Source: Microbotryum violaceum
Lineage: Eukaryota
NCBI GenBank assembly: GCA_001244265.2
Contig: CDLV01000004.1
Coordinates: forward strand, 1,984,001-2,048,000
DNA: 64,000 nucleotides
Direction of reading: 5' to 3'
The notes under the pieces: model-generated
Databases searched by the model: none
Seen by the model: the letters and a program-made list of their open reading frames with translations, nothing else
Told to the model about the DNA's origin: nothing
In this document: positions 54,301-64,000 of the stretch, in pieces
Layout: each line of letters begins with the position of its first letter
Position numbering within the stretch: the first letter of the stretch is position 1
Program-made: the position numbers and the translations under genes

Positions 54301-55900
54301 CTTTACAATTATGAAACGAGACAAGCTTCCTGCTGGCGCCAAGGGTCTCGGGTCCAAATTCGTTTTCCGAACGAAACAGGACAAGGATGGTCGGCCAACT
54401 TCGTACAAAGCTCAACTTATTGCACGAGGCTTCACGCAACAGCCGGAAATTGACTTCAAAGAGATGTTTGCACCAACAGCGAAGTTTGTCTCGATTCGTA
54501 CTCTCATTGCGTTGGCGGCGGCCCGGGGTTACCATATCATCCAAGCGGACATTGACAAGGCCTGTTTGCATGGCGAACTTGAAGAGGAATTGTACATGCG
54601 GGTACCGGAGGGAATCCGACTGCCCGACAATGTCTGTCTCAAGTTGCACCGCTCAATTTACGGTCTCAAGCAGGCCGGCCGGGTATGGAACGAGACGATC
54701 CATAAGACCCTTGTCAAGCTTGGTTACAATTGTCTTCGGAGCGAAGAGTGTGTCTATTGTCAAACACTTGGCAAAGACAATTATTACATTGCGGTTTACG
54801 TTGACAACTTGCTGTTCGTCGGTCCCAACTTATCCGAAATTGATTGCGTGCTCAATGAATTGGATCGATTGTACGGAGTCAAACGTCTCGGCAATGCAGA
54901 GTACATCCTTGGCGTCCAGCTCATTCGTCAAGCGGACGGGATTGCTTTGTCGCAACGACAGTATTTGCTCAATGTACTTGCAAGGTTCAGCATGGAGGAT
55001 GCTGACAAAAGTGTATTACCAATGCAACCGGGTCTTCAGCTCAAACCCTGCAACACTCCGGATCCATTGTTACAAACGCAGTACAGGTCGGCGATTGGAT
55101 CGTTGATGTACGCCGTTGTTGCAACTCGGCCTGATCTTGCATACCCGGTGTCATACTTGGCAAGATTCATGAACAAGGCGGGCAGCAACCATTGGGCGGC
55201 AGTTCTGAAGATCCTACGCTACATCAAGGGAACTCTCAAACTCGGCATTGTCTACAAGGCGAAACGTGATTTGTTGGTTGGATATGTGGGATACTTGGAT
55301 TCAGACTGGGGTTCCTGTATCAACACATCCCAATCTACAATGGGGCATGTCTTCAAGCTGGCTGACGGGCCAATTTCTTGGAGTTCTCGGATCCAGAGCC
55401 AAGTGGCAACGTCATCAACGGAAGCGGAATACATTGGCCTTACTCATGCGTCTTGAGAGTGTCAGATCTTGAGAATCTGCTCGCAATTGGGAATCACGAT
55501 TTGTGGGCCAATCAAGCTGAAAGGCGACAATCAAGGCGCAATAGCTCTCACAAAGAATCCAGTGTTCCACAATCGAACTAAGCACTTACGCCTGACGGAG
55601 CATTTTGTCAAGAACAGGTACGAGAAGGTGACATCGTTGTTAACTATGTTCCAACCGCCGAGATGCTTGCCGACATGTTCACAAAGGTGTTGCCAAGATC
55701 GGCACTAGAGAAGCACAGGGCGGCCATAGGGATGGGAATCATGTAGGCCTTAGAGCGAGGGGGGGTGTTGAGTTGACACTTGAGGCGTACACTCTGCAGG
55801 CTGCATGAGCGCAAGCGCACGCGGGCTTTCTCTTAGCTTCCTTTTGATTTGAGTGTTCTAACGTATTGAACCACCTCGAATCAGGCGCCAAGATTCTAGA
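51395..55900 (+). mobile_element. Copia family 3 (element E), degenerate; 5' LTR 51395-51599 (205 bp), 3' LTR 55766-55900 (135 bp); no matching TSD
   Basis: PBS ggttataagccc at 51600; PPT gagggggggg; CWNCGEDTHFNKNC, YDTAAT, QNGVAER, YVDN, TEAEY; many in-frame TGA stops; flanks caagt versus ccttg. Confidence 0.92.
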
Positions 55901-56012
55901 CCTTGGACTTGCCCGTTCCGCCGACACCTCCAATAAAAAGGCACGCACACATAACCGCTCTAATCACTCATCACTCTGGGCTCACATAAGGTCGGCTTTT
56001 TGGGCCCACGTC

Positions 56013-56494
56013 TATCACGAAGGGGCAAAGAGATAGGAGAGGTACGAGGGACAAGTCAAGAGATGCTCCAAGGACTTCCCGAGAGAGGCAAGGACGAGGG
56101 ATGAGAGCAAGGATGTGACCTTTTGCGAGATTTGAGTTGCAGAAAAGAGAAAGAGAAACAAGCTATCACACTGGACACCTTTTATACACAGGATAGAATG
56201 CAAAGGAACACGTGCCCATGAAACAAAGTCATGTGCATCAAGCAAGATGATAAGCTTAAGAGCCAAACGAAGTCATGTGACCGAGACAGATCACGTGGAC
56301 CAGGCAAGAACACATGTACAATAGCTGATGTACCCAAAGCAAGACCATGTGACCAAGTGAGCTGATGATGTAAGCGAAGCGAGATCATGTGATCAAGACG
56401 TGATCATGTGCAACACTGAAGCGAGGACCTGTACTCGAAGCGAGCCGAGGTCACGTGAGCCAAGGGCGCAAGTCGCAAGATCCCGTTTGTGACA
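56013..56494 (-). mobile_element. Solo LTR, 482 bp, TSD acgtc
   Basis: acgtc at 56008-56012 and 56495-56499; TGTCAC..GTGA(T)A termini on the minus strand; TATAAAA on the minus strand at about 56180. Confidence 0.75.
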
Positions 56495-56500
56495 ACGTCT

Positions 56501-56637
56501 GAGGCGACTCTGGTCCCACATCGGAGGCGACTTTGAGATTACTTCGGAGCGGACTTTGGGATCACATTGGTGCGGACTTTGGGATCACATCCGAGGTCAT
56601 TCTTGTACCACGTTCATAGGGGACTTTGGTACCACAT
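56501..56637. repeat. Degenerate ~23-bp tandem repeat (about 6 units, core GGACTTTGGGATCACAT)
   Basis: Directly visible head-to-tail units without spacers. Confidence 0.7.
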
Positions 56638-56857
56638 ATAGTGTAGACGCTTGTATCTCTTGCAATGTGTGATCTATCACTCTGGGAACAGTAGTTTGGT
56701 GCATGTACAGGTCTATAGTACTTCTGGTCGGTGAGACAAGGCGGACAATGCAGTAGTTGCTACATCGGGGCTCTACTCTTCCCTGGCCTGCTTGGGTGGG
56801 GAACCCCCAGGATCGATCCCAGCCGCTCCGGCGCCGGCAGTGGTGCGGTGGTGTCAG

Positions 56858-57330
56858 TGTTACGAGCGGTTCCTGAGTGCGGACCTTTAGCGCGCGTACC
56901 TGACTAGTGGCTCGCCGCGCAAGTGTTCACGTGACCACCCTCGATACTGGATTATTGTGCGGACCCCTTTTATCTATTTATTTGCTTACCAATTGGACCA
57001 CAAAATACCTTCGAATATTCCTTTAGCCTTTCCAGAATTTGTATAAATAGTGGTCCTCTCTGAAATTGCTTCTTTCCTTCCTGCAAGCAACAACTCTCAT
57101 TCTCACTCCAATTCTCTCCCATTCTCACTCTCAATCTCCCCACCTAAAACCTTTCCTCTTAAAATCCTCACCCAGTCTCATCTTGGCACCTCACCTCATC
57201 CACCCCCTAGCCTTGGCCTTCAGTTGCTGCGGCCCAACCAGACCTATCCGAGATCCCTCGCAATCCCCCCTGTTTAAATTATAGTCCCCACTATAGTCTA
57301 GAACCTTCCCTGTCCGCAAGGACCGTCATA
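56858..57330 (+). mobile_element. Putative 5' LTR of the older Gypsy element whose gag starts at 57794
   Basis: TGTTACG..CGTCA(T)A termini, TATAAATA at about 57042, CT-rich tract; second LTR not in the window. Confidence 0.4.
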
Positions 57331-57793
57331 GTTTGTTGCTTCTACCCTCGGTCTCCTTGGGTCTAGTAACTACTGCATCAACACCTACTACAACACAAGT
57401 CTACAATAACCAACCACAACAGCATTCAGCATTCATCATATATATTATACTAGGTGCGGTGGTGCGTGAAAGGCACAAGATTGCTCTCGAGCCTCACTGG
57501 TTCCGAGTCCAAACTGAAAGGATCAAATGGTGTAATTTGCAGGCGAAGAAAGACTACTAGAAGGACTAAGGTCAAGAGACGTGGCGGCGCCACGCGCGAG
57601 GGCAAGCGTGAGGCCGCAGAGGTTGGCTCGAGGTCGTCATGAGGTGTAAGCGGAGCGGCGCCTTACAGCGCGCTCCGCGCACCATGACGTCACACCACGT
57701 GGTTTGTCTTTTGTTCTTTGACATTCTTTGTCTGAGGCAACAGATTCATTTAGTAGTTTAGTATAACACCAAGTATATGATATATTCAACAAC

Positions 57794-63954
<6,161 letters not shown>

Positions 63955-64000
63955 TAGGTGCTTTCCAGGGCGACTCCTCCGACCTTCTCTCGACTTCCAA

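Noticed and set aside
56013-56494. Intron-plus-repeat unit in this solo LTR and in the 117-bp mini-LTR
   Set aside because: No clear R-AG|GT..R-AG structure, so the pattern is not universal or these are intron-less forms

Overview
Eukaryotic (fungal) DNA, about 85-90% transposable elements. Short GT..AG introns with CTRAY-type branch points, TCG-biased C>T changes and an STE12-like gene suggest a basidiomycete, possibly Microbotryomycetes and mating-type linked (inference). There are two convergent host genes, a compact STE12-like factor (7281-8301, +) and an ODC-type mitochondrial carrier (8333-9842, -). TEs: three copies of one Ty1/Copia family (A, B, C), two other Copia families (D, E), two copies of an RNase H-deleted chromodomain Ty3/Gypsy, an older Gypsy gag, solo LTRs, L1/Tx1-like LINE pieces and two head-to-head intron-containing Helitrons. 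Many are nested with intact 5-bp TSDs. Main discovery: five unrelated LTR families each carry a short spliceosomal-type intron inside the LTR whose 3' part (24-80 nt, ending at the AG) is duplicated as the exon directly upstream, just after a CT-rich tract. LTRs occur with 0, 1 or 2 intron units. This layout would let a retrotransposon splice an intron for expression and rebuild it during minus-strand transfer (hypothesis).
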